IMG/VR virus record: IMGVR_UViG_3300037478_000628
Location: 1 to 50,819 of that record
Direction: 5' to 3' (one strand)
Origin: a virus
Taxonomy: Duplodnaviria; Caudoviricetes
Length of the DNA: 50,819 nt
A program made the translations under genes and the position numbers. The stretch's first letter is position 1, and each line of letters starts with the position of its first letter. The notes under the pieces were generated by a model that saw nothing but the letters and a program-made list of their open reading frames with translations, ran no database searches and was not told where the DNA came from. This document shows, one piece after another, positions 8,297 to 17,938 of this stretch.

Positions 8297-8660
8297 CGAA
8301 CCCTCCGGCGATCTGGTCGAGCAGGAATGGCACGGTCAACTGGGTACGCACGCCGCGCCGCTTGTGGCCCAGCAGCCGGTCGTACCTGATGCCCCGGCCG
8401 CGCAGTCCGTTGCTGGCCAGGATCGGGTAGGCGCTGACCCAGCTGGCCACGTCGAACAGCCGGTCCCACTCGGCCGGGGGCATGGTGCCGTCGGCCTTGC
8501 ACTGGATGAACAGGGCCTGTCCGGGTTTGAGTGCGACCAGGTCAACCTTGCTGTCGCCCTTGGAGCCGGCGGCGCGGATGACGGTGTAGCCGTTGTCGCG
8601 TAGGTCGGTGCGGACCTTCCGCTCGAACCGGGTGCCGGCCGCGTAGCTATGTGGTGGCAC
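8289..8660 (-). CDS. Holliday junction resolvase (Hjc-like PD-(D/E)XK nuclease)
   Basis: G..FER.V...L...GY.V.RAAGSKG...DLVA......FIQCK. Confidence 0.85.
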   Translation of the reverse strand: MPPHSYAAGTRFERKVRTDLRDNGYTVIRAAGSKGDSKVDLVALKPGQALFIQCKADGTMPPAEWDRLFDVASWVSAYPILASNGLRGRGIRYDRLLGHKRRGVRTQLTVPFLLDQIAGGFDG

Positions 8661-9528
8661 CGGTCACCCCGCTGCCGGGTTCGGCCGTGGCCGGCCAGTC
8701 CTCGGCGGCCGGCTCCTCGACCACCTCACCGTCGATCGGCTCCGGGTCGTCCGCCGGCAGCGGCGGAACGTCCCGCTCAGTGGCCAGCCGGTACGCCTCC
8801 GCGCTGGCCCGGGCGATCTCCCGCCGATACTCAGCCGAGGTCGGCACCCACTTACGCAGCCGGTGCGCGGCGGTCTTCAGCCACATCGCCGGCTCATCCG
8901 TGGTCCACGGTGAGGTTTCCGGCTTAGAGCGGAAGCTGGCCGACTTGGCCCGGGCGGCGTACACCTCCGGCCGGTCCAGCACCACCACCTTGGACACGGC
9001 ACCGTCGGTCATGATCCCGTAGGCGTAGACGCCGAGCAGCCCACCCCGGTCGGTGAACCACGCCACGCTGTGCCACGGCTGCCGCTGCGGACCCTCCCAG
9101 CGTGGTGGCCGCTGGTGGTCGAGCGCACCCGGGGTCCAGTCCCACCCGTCGGCCTCCCGGACCAGCTCGACCACCACGCTGGAGACGGCACCGGCGCGGT
9201 AGATCAGCTCCACCTCACCTTGGTAGCCGGGTACGCCCTGGACGATCGGCCGGCCCTTGTCCTTGTAGGGGACCAGGTAGTACTGCTCGGTGCCGGGCTC
9301 CAGCCCGAGCCGGGCGGCATCCAGCAGCGCGGCGAGCAGGCTGCCGGGGTTGGCGGTGGCGGCCTGCTCCAGGGTGGGGTTGCGGCGTAGCGCCCCCTGG
9401 GCCAGCCGGATCCATGTCTCCGGTTTGATGTGGCTGGGTAGGACCGTGGCGAAGTCCTTGCTGTACCGCTCGATGATGGCGGCGGGCCGGCGGTCCCGCT
9501 CGGCGATGGCCTGGCTTGTGGTGCTCAC
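8647..9528 (-). CDS. recT: RecT-family single-strand annealing protein
   Basis: SLLAALLDAARLGLEPG...YYLVPY...GYQG.VEL.YR.G...PW......MW.KT...RL.KWVP.S. Confidence 0.92.
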   Translation of the reverse strand: MSTTSQAIAERDRRPAAIIERYSKDFATVLPSHIKPETWIRLAQGALRRNPTLEQAATANPGSLLAALLDAARLGLEPGTEQYYLVPYKDKGRPIVQGVPGYQGEVELIYRAGAVSSVVVELVREADGWDWTPGALDHQRPPRWEGPQRQPWHSVAWFTDRGGLLGVYAYGIMTDGAVSKVVVLDRPEVYAARAKSASFRSKPETSPWTTDEPAMWLKTAAHRLRKWVPTSAEYRREIARASAEAYRLATERDVPPLPADDPEPIDGEVVEEPAAEDWPATAEPGSGVTGATT

Positions 9529-10424
9529 AGGGTGATCTCCTCGTATTCGGTGTTGGTGTGTTGGCGCTCGGCCCAGGGCGGTAGGCCCACGTAGCGGATC
9601 TCGGTCTCGGGAACGTGCCCGGGCCAGCGGCCAGCTGTTGTGCACGCCCGGTAGATGTCGATGGCCTGCCGGTTGCGCAGGTGTCCGATGTGTAGCGCGG
9701 TGTCGTCGGGCTGCATGACGCCGACCACGTACGGGGGTTCGGTTTCCTGGACGATTAGGAGGAACTGGGCCTCCGGGTCGGCCAGCTCAACGGCGGTGTT
9801 GCCTGTGATGTACCAGTCGGCCTGCATGGCGTAGCCGTAGTGCCACAGCGCCCGGCTGATGTGCTCGGGGTCGCCGCTTCGGGTGGTCTTGTAGTCGACC
9901 AGGTATGGCGGGCCGGCGGTGTCCGGCTGGGACACCGCGTCGATGCGGGCGCGGCGCATGATGCCGGTCTCTGGGTCACGCCAGAAGATCGACTGTTCGG
10001 GGACCATCCGCGTCGGGTCGAGCAGTTCGCCGGCGATCGGGTGGTCCCGCAGCGCGGCGACCATGGCGACCAGGTCGGTGTAGTCGGCGGCCAGCAGCGG
10101 CACCTCACCGGCGGCGTGTGCCTCTGTCCGGGCCTGGCGGGCGGCCTTGGTGCGCCAGTCGTCGGCGTCCACCACGCGGATGGTGGGGCCGACTCCGAGG
10201 GCGAGCCGGTGGGCGCCGTGGCCGCGGTCGTACTCCGGCTTCGGCGTGGGTGGGTGCTCCCGCTGCCAGGCGTACCGGGCGGGGCATGAAGGTGGGAGCA
10301 GCAGCCGGGCGCCGGAGACGGACAGGCTTCCACCGGGCACCAGGTCGGCGTGGTAGTCCGCATCCGTCATCTCGTACACGCCAGGCTCGGTGATCTCCCA
10401 GGGTCCGGCATGGATGGCGGTCAC
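9525..10424 (-). CDS. recE: RecE-like 5'-3' exonuclease (PD-(D/E)XK)
   Basis: DYHAD...SLSVSG...CPA...EQSIFW.D....RARID...DYKTT...Y.MQA.WY; directly upstream of recT. Confidence 0.88.
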   Translation of the reverse strand: MTAIHAGPWEITEPGVYEMTDADYHADLVPGGSLSVSGARLLLPPSCPARYAWQREHPPTPKPEYDRGHGAHRLALGVGPTIRVVDADDWRTKAARQARTEAHAAGEVPLLAADYTDLVAMVAALRDHPIAGELLDPTRMVPEQSIFWRDPETGIMRRARIDAVSQPDTAGPPYLVDYKTTRSGDPEHISRALWHYGYAMQADWYITGNTAVELADPEAQFLLIVQETEPPYVVGVMQPDDTALHIGHLRNRQAIDIYRACTTAGRWPGHVPETEIRYVGLPPWAERQHTNTEYEEITL

Positions 10425-11035
10425 GCCAGCACCTCCGCACGCTCCAGCTGGGCGGTCAGGTCGGCAACCTGCCGCTCGGACATCCGGCAGATGCCGGTGC
10501 GGAGCCGGAACGGCAGCACCCGCCACAGTGACCCGCGCGGCTGGCTGTCGTCGATCTCCAGGATGCCGTCCGGGTCGAGGGTCACCACCGACACGTGGTC
10601 GATCGCCGAGATCCGCCGGCCGCCCATCACGTAGTCGGTGTAGGAGATGGTCGACGGCAGCCCCGCGTGCAGGTCGGAGTAGGCGGAGTCGAGCGCCCGC
10701 CGACCGCCGGCGCAGTGCTCCACTATCCACGTCCGCTGTCCCAGCGTCCGGTGGGACCGGGGGATCAGCACGTCGTCGGTGTCCCGGTCGACCAGCACCG
10801 TGCCGGGTGCGACCCGGGTGATCGCGTTGAGCAGGTCGCGGGCGGCGGTGCGGTCCAGGTCGGTGCCGAGCCGGGCGCGTATCAGGTCGAGCAGGATCAC
10901 CAGCGCCAGGGCTGCCGCGGTCATCGCGGCCTGCCCCGGGCTCCCGTCCCACGCCAGCAGCGCGGCGAATACGGCCAGCACCAGGTACTGGGCCACCGTG
11001 CCGGGTCGGCTGCGGGCGAAGCGGATGGCCCTCAT
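10421..11035 (-). CDS. Membrane protein with two N-terminal TM segments
   Basis: Two hydrophobic stretches; GGAGG RBS. Confidence 0.65.
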   Translation of the reverse strand: MRAIRFARSRPGTVAQYLVLAVFAALLAWDGSPGQAAMTAAALALVILLDLIRARLGTDLDRTAARDLLNAITRVAPGTVLVDRDTDDVLIPRSHRTLGQRTWIVEHCAGGRRALDSAYSDLHAGLPSTISYTDYVMGGRRISAIDHVSVVTLDPDGILEIDDSQPRGSLWRVLPFRLRTGICRMSERQVADLTAQLERAEVLA

Positions 11036-11478
11036 GCGAGCACCTCCATGGTGGGTGTCCGGTCGGTGCCGGCCAGCCAGCCCAGCCGCCGCCGGACGGC
11101 CACCGGCAGCGGCTCCTGGCCCCAGCTGCCGGCGATCCACCGGGCCACGGCCACGCTCAGCTCATGCCGCCCGAGCGCCACCGTGCGCCAGTAGGCGGTC
11201 CGCTGGGTGAGCCCGTCGGCCAGGCAGTTGCGGCCTTCCAGGCCGGTGCGGCAGCGGGTGATGCCGCAGTGTGGGCAGCTCCATCCGGCTGGGCGGGCGG
11301 GTGCGGTGCGCCATGGTGGTCCGGCGGGGGTCAGCTCGCCGGCGGCTGGTAGCTGTTCGGCGCGGGCGAGCAGCGCCTGGTCTTCGGCGTCGAGGCGGCG
11401 GCGGCCGACGATGCCGGACCACCACCACAGGCCGGTGAAGGCGCCGGCGATGAGCAGCAAGAGCACGATACGGATCAT
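11032..11478 (-). CDS. Membrane-anchored protein with a CxxC motif
   Basis: MIRIVLLLLIAGAFTGLWWW...CPHCG. Confidence 0.65.
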   Translation of the reverse strand: MIRIVLLLLIAGAFTGLWWWSGIVGRRRLDAEDQALLARAEQLPAAGELTPAGPPWRTAPARPAGWSCPHCGITRCRTGLEGRNCLADGLTQRTAYWRTVALGRHELSVAVARWIAGSWGQEPLPVAVRRRLGWLAGTDRTPTMEVLA

Positions 11479-11966
11479 GAGCGTGTCCTCTCTGGTTGGT
11501 CGGCTGCGAGCGTCTCGGCGAGCCGGCACAGCGGGTCGACCGGCTCACCCCGCAGCCGGTGGCGGCGCGCCCCGGCCGGGGTGCCGCATGGCCCGGCCGG
11601 TGGCCGGTCGCGTAGCGCCGCGCGTTGGCAGTCGCGGCCGCAGTACCGCTGGCTGCGGTGGGGGGCGAACAGCACCCCGCACTGCTGGCAGGTGGCCAGC
11701 GCGCGGCCGGTCCGCTCGGCCGGGGTGCGGCCGCCCCACACACCCCAGCGCTGCCCGGTGTCGACCGCCCACCGCAGGCAGGCGCCCTCTACGGGGCAGC
11801 GGCGGCAGATGGCCACGGCGGGCCGCACGTCGCGGTGGCGGCCGGAGGCGCCGCGTTCGGCTGCGATCGGAAAAAACGTCTCCGGGTCGACGTCCCGGCA
11901 GGCGGCAAACGTGCGCCAGTCCGGGTCGCGGGGGGTGTGGGGGGTGTGCAGCTCAGGCAGACGCAT
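11475..11966 (-). CDS. whiB: WhiB-family transcription factor with C-terminal zinc-binding extensions
   Basis: W...AAC...DPETFFP...CRRCPV...C...GVWGG.T..ER, then CQQCG...YCGRDC and PCGT...RH...C. Confidence 0.92.
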   Translation of the reverse strand: MRLPELHTPHTPRDPDWRTFAACRDVDPETFFPIAAERGASGRHRDVRPAVAICRRCPVEGACLRWAVDTGQRWGVWGGRTPAERTGRALATCQQCGVLFAPHRSQRYCGRDCQRAALRDRPPAGPCGTPAGARRHRLRGEPVDPLCRLAETLAADQPERTRS

Positions 11967-12198
11967 CGGACACCTCCCCGGTCACCGTCGGCCGGGGCCG
12001 GCCGGCGTACGAACCCATGCTCACCGGCGGCGGCTCGAACCGCTGGCTGGTCACGAATCCGACCGCGGCCGGGCTGTCCGGCTCGGCCCCGGCGGTGGAC
12101 TCCCACAGCTCGGTCGCGGTCTTCGCGAGGTGGGCCAACTCGCCCTGATGGTCGACCACCACATGCCGACCGCCGGCGTTGATCTCTACCCGACTCAC
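11953..12198 (-). CDS. Hypothetical protein
   Basis: 81-aa ORF, coupled overlaps. Confidence 0.6.
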   Translation of the reverse strand: MSRVEINAGGRHVVVDHQGELAHLAKTATELWESTAGAEPDSPAAVGFVTSQRFEPPPVSMGSYAGRPRPTVTGEVSDASA

Positions 12199-12737
12199 GG
12201 CCGGCCCCCGATCTCGCGGGCGATGGTGGCGGCGTGCCGATAGGCCGCACCGCGTGTCCGGTAGCTCTGGTTGGCTGCCAGCTCGATCGCCTGCGCGATC
12301 TCCTCGGCCACCTCCTCGCGCACGGCGGGGTGGATCGCCCGCTCGGCCGCCTCGTTCGCCTCGCCGATGACGTGCACGGCCAGCGTGTTCGGTTTGCTGA
12401 TCCGGCCATCGGTCAGCTCGGCGTACACCTTGGCCACCTCGCCCATGACCATCCAGTAGTCGTTCAGCTCGGCTCGCACTAGGTCAGCGTCGAGGTGGCC
12501 ATCCGGGGCCACGAGGTCATCCCAGAACCCGACGAAGGTGTCGCGGGGCTGGTGAGGCGGGCGCCAGCCGGCGGCGATGAGCGCCTCCAGCACCGCCCGG
12601 GCGAACCCGGCGAACTCGTCCAGGTCGCACGGCAGACCTTCCTCGGACCAGCTACAGCCACCACCCGAGCAGGCGTAGCCGTGGACGGCCCTCGCCACCA
12701 GCTCCACGTCGGCGTCGGTGTACAGCGGCTCAGCCAT
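12195..12737 (-). CDS. Hypothetical protein
   Basis: MAEPLYTDADVELVARA...EL.DY......V..VY.ELT.GRISKPNT; GGAGG RBS. Confidence 0.7.
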   Translation of the reverse strand: MAEPLYTDADVELVARAVHGYACSGGGCSWSEEGLPCDLDEFAGFARAVLEALIAAGWRPPHQPRDTFVGFWDDLVAPDGHLDADLVRAELNDYWMVMGEVAKVYAELTDGRISKPNTLAVHVIGEANEAAERAIHPAVREEVAEEIAQAIELAANQSYRTRGAAYRHAATIAREIGGRP

Positions 12738-12981
12738 GGCGCCATCCCTCCAAATCGTCCTGGCTTCGGCGGGTGGCGAGCGGGCTGTCGGCGGCCAGCC
12801 GCAGCGCCCGGCAGATCTCTCCGTGGGCGGTCGCCTGCCGCCGGGTCCACGCCCGCTCGGAGAGCACCGTCCGGCCGCCACGCACGAGTGACCACTCCCA
12901 GCTACGGCGCCACCAGGTGAGGCGCCCCCAGCGGATCCGGTCCACATGCAGGGTCAGCCCCCGCCAGCTGTCGATGATCAT
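12730..12981 (-). CDS. Trp/Arg-rich hypothetical protein
   Basis: GGAGG RBS, ATGA overlap. Confidence 0.55.
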   Translation of the reverse strand: MIIDSWRGLTLHVDRIRWGRLTWWRRSWEWSLVRGGRTVLSERAWTRRQATAHGEICRALRLAADSPLATRRSQDDLEGWRHG

Positions 12982-13322
12982 GGGCCGGCCTCCCTGGTGC
13001 CGTTGGCGGCGATCTCCCGGTCCAGCAGGGCGAGCTCGGCTGCGGCCCGGGCGTGCCGCTGCGCGAGCGTCTCCGCCGGCATGCCGCACATCAGGTGGAG
13101 GGTGACGGCCCCGCCGGCGAGGGTGCCGGTGGCGACGTGGATGTCCACCCCGTGGCCGTGTGAGCGGATGCCGGTGGGGATGCCGGCGGCGCGGGCCGCC
13201 GCGTCCACGAGCTCGGGGTGGCCGGCCAGGTAGTGGAGGGTGATGCTGGCCGCGTCGGGCCGGTACAGGTCCAGCAGCCGGCCGAGGATGAGGCCGGTGG
13301 TGGCGATCAGCTGGCCGCTCAT
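12978..13322 (-). CDS. Hypothetical protein
   Basis: 114-aa ORF, 4-bp overlaps. Confidence 0.6.
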   Translation of the reverse strand: MSGQLIATTGLILGRLLDLYRPDAASITLHYLAGHPELVDAAARAAGIPTGIRSHGHGVDIHVATGTLAGGAVTLHLMCGMPAETLAQRHARAAAELALLDREIAANGTREAGP

Positions 13323-13570
13323 CGGACGGCCTTGGTGAGCCGGACGTGGGCTTGGGTGATGCGCAGCAGCCGCATCATGTCGCTCATACCGTCGACTGTG
13401 AGAGCGGCGTCGACGGTGGCGGCGAACATCTCGTAGTGGACGAGCGGGTCGCGGCTGCCCGGCTCCTGTCCGGGCTGTGGGTTACGCGCGGGTCCGACCT
13501 CCGGCGGTGGTAGCTTGGCCGGTCCGGGGGACTGGCCGCCTCGGGTGCTAGGCTCGGTCTGGCTGTTCAT
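13319..13570 (-). CDS. Hypothetical protein
   Basis: AAAGGAG RBS before the ATG at 13570. Confidence 0.6.
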   Translation of the reverse strand: MNSQTEPSTRGGQSPGPAKLPPPEVGPARNPQPGQEPGSRDPLVHYEMFAATVDAALTVDGMSDMMRLLRITQAHVRLTKAVR

Positions 13571-14066
13571 GGCAGCTCCTTTCGGTGATGTGCTGGCCCC
13601 GCCCTCGGGCGGGGCTGGTGTGTGTCTGGTGGCGGCCGTCAGCGGCTGCGGCAGCGGCCGCCACCAGAGAGCCGCCCCGCCCGGGCTGGGCTGTGACCCG
13701 GGCGGGGGTCAGGTTGGCGAGTGGCGGGTCTAGGTAGCGCCACTCGATCCGGGTCACCTCAGTGGCCGGCTCGCACCGCATCGACTCGCAGAAGAACTCG
13801 ATGAACTGCCGGCGTTGCCACGGCTCGAACCCTTCGCGCGCCACGTCAGTGGGCGCAATCCTGCTCAGTGGTTCTCGGCGGACCGAGGTCACCTCCACCT
13901 CGGCCAGCCGCACCAGCGGCTCACCCGGGCGGCGGCCTTGCACCTTGCGGCACAGCGTCAACCGGTCGCCAGGCGTGATGAATCGCCAGCCGAGCCGACG
14001 GGTGACCGTCTTTCGCCGGTCGCGGACGGCCTGCTCGCTGAGTTTTACCGACATCAGCCTTGGCAC
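13548..14066 (-). CDS. ASCH-domain protein
   Basis: MS......V....KTVTRRLGW....PGD...EV.SVRREPL..I...DVAREGF...F.EFF...VTRIEW. Confidence 0.85.
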   Translation of the reverse strand: MPRLMSVKLSEQAVRDRRKTVTRRLGWRFITPGDRLTLCRKVQGRRPGEPLVRLAEVEVTSVRREPLSRIAPTDVAREGFEPWQRRQFIEFFCESMRCEPATEVTRIEWRYLDPPLANLTPARVTAQPGRGGSLVAAAAAAADGRHQTHTSPARGRGQHITERSCHEQPDRA

Positions 14067-14152
14067 GACTCACGCTCCATCCGGCGTTCGGCATACCGCT
14101 GCTGGGCCATCGGTCGCGGCTCTGCGGACATCCTCGACGGACATGAGCCAGC

Positions 14153-14605
14153 TCATGCCACACCTCGCACGGGGGCCCGGCCGGGCCGGTAGACCACCCG
14201 GCCGCGGCGGGCGGGCAGCTGGGTGCCGCCGCTGCGGTGCCGGCCGGCGGCGGGCGTCCGGGGGAAGGGGGAGCCCACCACCGGCCGGCCGGCCCACCCG
14301 GTCGACACCCGGGTGGGAGTGTGAGCGGCGCCCGCCCCCGCACCCCAACCGGGGGCGGGCGCCGCAACCCCGGCTGCGACCACGACACCTGACGCGGGAG
14401 CCTGGGGGGCCACCCGGCGGCCCGGCAAGGCCCGGACCGGGTGGGGTCTGATCAGAAGCTGGGTGACGATAAAGCCGGCGCCGAGTAGCGGGATGGGGCC
14501 GGCGACCAGCAGCAGCCACAGCCCGACGGTGGTGCCGGCGACGGCGCCGCCGATGGCCAGGGTGCTGGGGTGGGTGGCCCACACGGCCAGGTGACGGCGG
14601 ATCAT
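14153..14605 (-). CDS. Membrane protein
   Basis: Two TM-like segments at the N-terminus, low-complexity tail. Confidence 0.5.
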   Translation of the reverse strand: MIRRHLAVWATHPSTLAIGGAVAGTTVGLWLLLVAGPIPLLGAGFIVTQLLIRPHPVRALPGRRVAPQAPASGVVVAAGVAAPAPGWGAGAGAAHTPTRVSTGWAGRPVVGSPFPRTPAAGRHRSGGTQLPARRGRVVYRPGRAPVRGVA

Positions 14606-14820
14606 GGCGCACCACCGTGAGGGCAGTAGGCGGATGACTCGGGGCGAACACGGTCGCCCTCCAGCCAACAACGCTCACACATCGGCCCCCACGCTTGAGG
14701 GACCGGCGCGTACAGGCTGGGACACGAGTTGTTGTCGTCCCGCTTCAGGCTCATGATTCCGAGGACGCGGCAGATAGAGCCCGGCTGGGTTGCGGCGACA
14801 CGCGTGATGGCCATGGTCAC
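14602..14820 (-). CDS. Cys-containing hypothetical protein
   Basis: C...C...CERC...CPH; tiles the operon. Confidence 0.45.
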   Translation of the reverse strand: MTMAITRVAATQPGSICRVLGIMSLKRDDNNSCPSLYAPVPQAWGPMCERCWLEGDRVRPESSAYCPHGGAP

Positions 14821-14930
14821 CACCCCGCCACGTGGATGATGACCAGCGCCACCGCCAAGAACGCGCCGCACCACAGGGTCAGCACGGCCCAGCCGCGCAG
14901 ATGCCGGGCCGTAGTCGGGTCCGGGCGCAT
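14817..14930 (-). CDS. Small single-TM peptide (37 aa)
   Basis: MRPDPTTARHLRGWAVLTLWCGAFLAVALVIIHVAGW; overlaps both neighbours. Confidence 0.45.
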   Translation of the reverse strand: MRPDPTTARHLRGWAVLTLWCGAFLAVALVIIHVAGW

Positions 14931-15226
14931 CACGCCTCACCACCCGGGGTGGCGCGGCGGGTGGCGATCAGCTCCCGCCACGCGGCGGTCAGCTCATCGA
15001 AGTCTTCGCCGATGCCCGGCAGGTTGAACCCCAGCCGGACCGCATCGACCCGGCTCAGGCTGTGCCGCCGCAGGAAGTCCGCGTACACCCCAGCTAGCTG
15101 CCCGCCGATGCAGCGGGTGCAGTTTTGGAGGTCGAGCCGGTCCCGGTCGACCCGCTGCCGCCACCCGGGCTCGTGCTCGTCCAACCAGGCGATGCCAGCG
15201 TTGACCCGCTCGGCGATGCTGCTCAT
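14930..15226 (-). CDS. Conserved actinophage hypothetical protein
   Basis: ERV.AG.AWLDE..PGW...VD...LD.....CI.GQL.G.Y...L..AW. Confidence 0.75.
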   Translation of the reverse strand: MSSIAERVNAGIAWLDEHEPGWRQRVDRDRLDLQNCTRCIGGQLAGVYADFLRRHSLSRVDAVRLGFNLPGIGEDFDELTAAWRELIATRRATPGGEA

Positions 15227-15465
15227 GGCGTGTCCTCTCCGGTGGTGGCCGGGTCTATGCCGACGATGACGGTGACGGTGGCCAGCCCGCCGCCGGCGTG
15301 CAGCGGATGCCCGTCGGGGTCGCGGCGGGCGCGGGTGACCTGTAGCCAGCCGCCGTCGCGGTCGACGCGGATGGTGAGGTCGAGCAGGTCGGCGGGGTCG
15401 ACGCCCCACGTGGTGAGGGCGGTGGTGAGGGCGGTGTGGGGGATGGCAACCGGGTCGGTGCTCAT
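15223..15465 (-). CDS. Hypothetical protein
   Basis: AAGGAG RBS; ATGA overlap. Confidence 0.6.
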   Translation of the reverse strand: MSTDPVAIPHTALTTALTTWGVDPADLLDLTIRVDRDGGWLQVTRARRDPDGHPLHAGGGLATVTVIVGIDPATTGEDTP

Positions 15466-15776
15466 CGCTTCTCCTTGTTGGTGGGGTGGTTGAGCCGGCG
15501 GATCAGTTCGGCCGCCGGTGTCAGATGGTCCGAGAACCCGGTGGTTTCGTGCGCGCCGAGTCGGTCGGGGCGGGGGTCGTGCCGGTCGGGCTGCTCGCCG
15601 GCGCGGTGCCGCAGCAGCAGCCACGGCAGCAGCAGCAACGTCAGCGCGCAGCCGGCGCGCCTGGTGCTGCGCCTGGCGGCGCGGCGGACGGCGGCCCTCT
15701 GGGCGCGGGTCAGCCGGCCGGAGCGGACGTGCTCGCGGCCGCCCTCATACCCGTTGAGGTACTCGCGGCGGCTCAC
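15462..15776 (-). CDS. Basic hypothetical protein with a hydrophobic segment
   Basis: GTGA overlap; ALTLLLLPWLLL. Confidence 0.5.
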   Translation of the reverse strand: MSRREYLNGYEGGREHVRSGRLTRAQRAAVRRAARRSTRRAGCALTLLLLPWLLLRHRAGEQPDRHDPRPDRLGAHETTGFSDHLTPAAELIRRLNHPTNKEKR

Positions 15777-16791
15777 TCGGTCACCGCCGGCTGCTCCGAG
15801 CCGGGGCACCAACTGTGAGCCACCTCTGGCCGGTTATGGCCCGGCAGCATGGTGCCCTCAGCGGCCAGCAGCAGCAGCCGGTGACATTGGGGGCAGCGGG
15901 CGGCGGGGGCGCCGAGCAGCCGGGCGACCTTCGCCACCGCCGCGTCGCGGGCGCTGACCGACGGACGCCGACGGACGTTCACCGGGCACCGGTCCCGCAG
16001 TAGCGGCACACGTGGTGCCCCCGGTGGTCCATGTTCAGCCCGCAGCGGTGCTGCCGGTAGGTGTCATCGGTCCGGGTGGGCTGGTCGGATGGCCAGGTCT
16101 TCTCGCAGGTGTCTTTGATGGAGCTGAGCTGGTCGGGGAGTGGCATCACTCGGTCACCTCCGTGGGCCCGCCGATGTCCCCGGCCGTCTCCCAGCCGGAG
16201 TAGGGGAAGCAGCGTCGGCACAGCTCCGCCCGGCGGGCCGCACCGGCCAGCCGCAGCGGCTCGTGGCCGGTGTCGATGCCAGTGGCTGAGCACAGGCCGC
16301 GCCAGCCGGTGAACCGCGCGCCGAACTCGTTGGTCCACCGTCGGACTTCGGTGACGGCGTGGACGGGGTAGCCGGCTACCGGCGTGGAAGCGCTCACCGG
16401 GTCACCGCCGCGTACTCCCGCCGCCGCAGCCAGATCACCAGCAGCGCCAGCTTCCCGGAGCAGATGCACTCCAGCCCGAACCGGACGGTCAGCAGCGCCA
16501 GCCGCCCGTTGGGGGTGCTGCACAGCCAGGCGTAGTCGGGGTGCCGCGCTTTGGCGGGCCCGCCGTGGTGTCCCCAGTAGATGAGGTCCCAGGTGATGTC
16601 GGCGAGCGCGACCGCCTGCCGGATCATGATCCCACCACCTGCGGTGGCCGCAGCATGTGGGCGGGTGTGTCCGGGTCCATGCAGTAGCAGCCGCAGCCGG
16701 GCTCCTCACACGGCCAGTGGCTGTCCAGGGTCTCGCGGCAGTCCCAGCATGTGACGGTGTCGCCGGTGAGCGGCTGCGGGTCGCGGATCAT
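15773..16791 (-). CDS. Run of five tightly coupled microproteins (15773-15982, 15979-16146, 16146-16397, 16394-16627, 16624-16791), mostly Cys/His-rich
   Basis: Each start overlaps the previous stop by 1 or 4 bp; CPQC...H...C, C...H.C...H.GHH.C..C, C...CRRC, CWDC...C...CGYC. Confidence 0.55.
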
Positions 16792-17273
16792 CGCACACCG
16801 TCCGCCTGCTCTTGCCGTCCTTCGCGCCGGATCGCCACCATCGCCTGGGTCAGCTCAGCCGCACCCTCGTTGACGGCGCGCACCCTCTCCTCGAAGCTGA
16901 GCCACGCCTTGGTGACCTGACGGGTGCCCGGGTCCATCTGCCGCAGCCGTGACCGCATGAACTCCTGGTGGGTCTCTTTGGTGGCCCGCGTCCCAGCCTC
17001 GATCCGGGCTAGGTGGATGGCCGGGTCGAGAACGGTTACCGGGTCGGTGGTGACGATGTACGTCTGCCCGTTCGCCGGGCAGGCCACCGGAAGGAACAGC
17101 CCCGCGGCCTCGGCCAGCCCGCGCGCCCGCCGGATCGCCCGCCGGGTCTTGTCGGAGTCGTGTAGCCGCAGCGCCGCCAGCAGCTCCGGCAGCCGGTAAG
17201 GCTTGTTCAGGTTGGTACGCAGGAACGAGAAGATCTGCTCGGCCCGATCCTCTACAGTGACCCGGCGACTCAT
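16788..17273 (-). CDS. Winged-helix-like protein with C-terminal coiled coil
   Basis: RAEQIFSFL......Y.LPEL.AAL.L.....RRAIRRAR; coupled to the upstream gene. Confidence 0.7.
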   Translation of the reverse strand: MSRRVTVEDRAEQIFSFLRTNLNKPYRLPELLAALRLHDSDKTRRAIRRARGLAEAAGLFLPVACPANGQTYIVTTDPVTVLDPAIHLARIEAGTRATKETHQEFMRSRLRQMDPGTRQVTKAWLSFEERVRAVNEGAAELTQAMVAIRREGRQEQADGVR

Positions 17274-17938
17274 GACTGGCCTCCGTTCAGCAGGTCGGCC
17301 AGCTCCTCATCCCACGAACCGGACTGGACCCCGGCCTTGGCCAGGTCCAACACGCTGATGATCCGGTCGATGAGGGGGACCAGCGCCTCCTGTTCCGGCA
17401 CGGTCCAGGTGGTGCTGCTGGCGAGGTTGGCGAACTCGTTGACCTTCCGCTGCACGGCCCGGGCCGCCAGCAAGGTTTCGGACAGCCGGTCGGCCTTCGA
17501 CCGGTCGCGCGGTGCCGGCTTGGCGGTGGCGGCCCACCGCTCATCGAGCGCCTCGGAGGCAGCAGCAGCGGCTACCGGATCGGCCTTGACCGCCTCGCGG
17601 ACGATCTGGGCCTTCCGCTCCGGGGGCATGTTGCGGATGGCTGATGCAGCTTCTGCCTGATACCGCGAGCCGTGCTCTTCGACCGCGGCGGCGCGGCCAT
17701 GAACAACGTCGTAGGCCTCGGCGAACGAGTGCTGGTCCGGGTCGGCACCGAAGCGCTCCCAGATTTGGTAGAGACGCACGGCAGTGGAGTTGTGGATACC
17801 GATATCCTTGGCCCACTGGCGCCGCGATTTGCCGGCCTGGACCTGCTCCCAGGTCAGCTCGGCGAGCCGCCACTGGTCGTCCTCGGACCGCTTCACCAGC
17901 GTCCGGGCCTCGGTGACCGCCTCGGTGTACGTGGTCAT
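17270..17938 (-). CDS. HTH-containing alpha-helical protein
   Basis: QWRLAE...SRRQWAKDIGIHNSTAVRLY HTH; GGAAGG RBS. Confidence 0.75.
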   Translation of the reverse strand: MTTYTEAVTEARTLVKRSEDDQWRLAELTWEQVQAGKSRRQWAKDIGIHNSTAVRLYQIWERFGADPDQHSFAEAYDVVHGRAAAVEEHGSRYQAEAASAIRNMPPERKAQIVREAVKADPVAAAAASEALDERWAATAKPAPRDRSKADRLSETLLAARAVQRKVNEFANLASSTTWTVPEQEALVPLIDRIISVLDLAKAGVQSGSWDEELADLLNGGQS

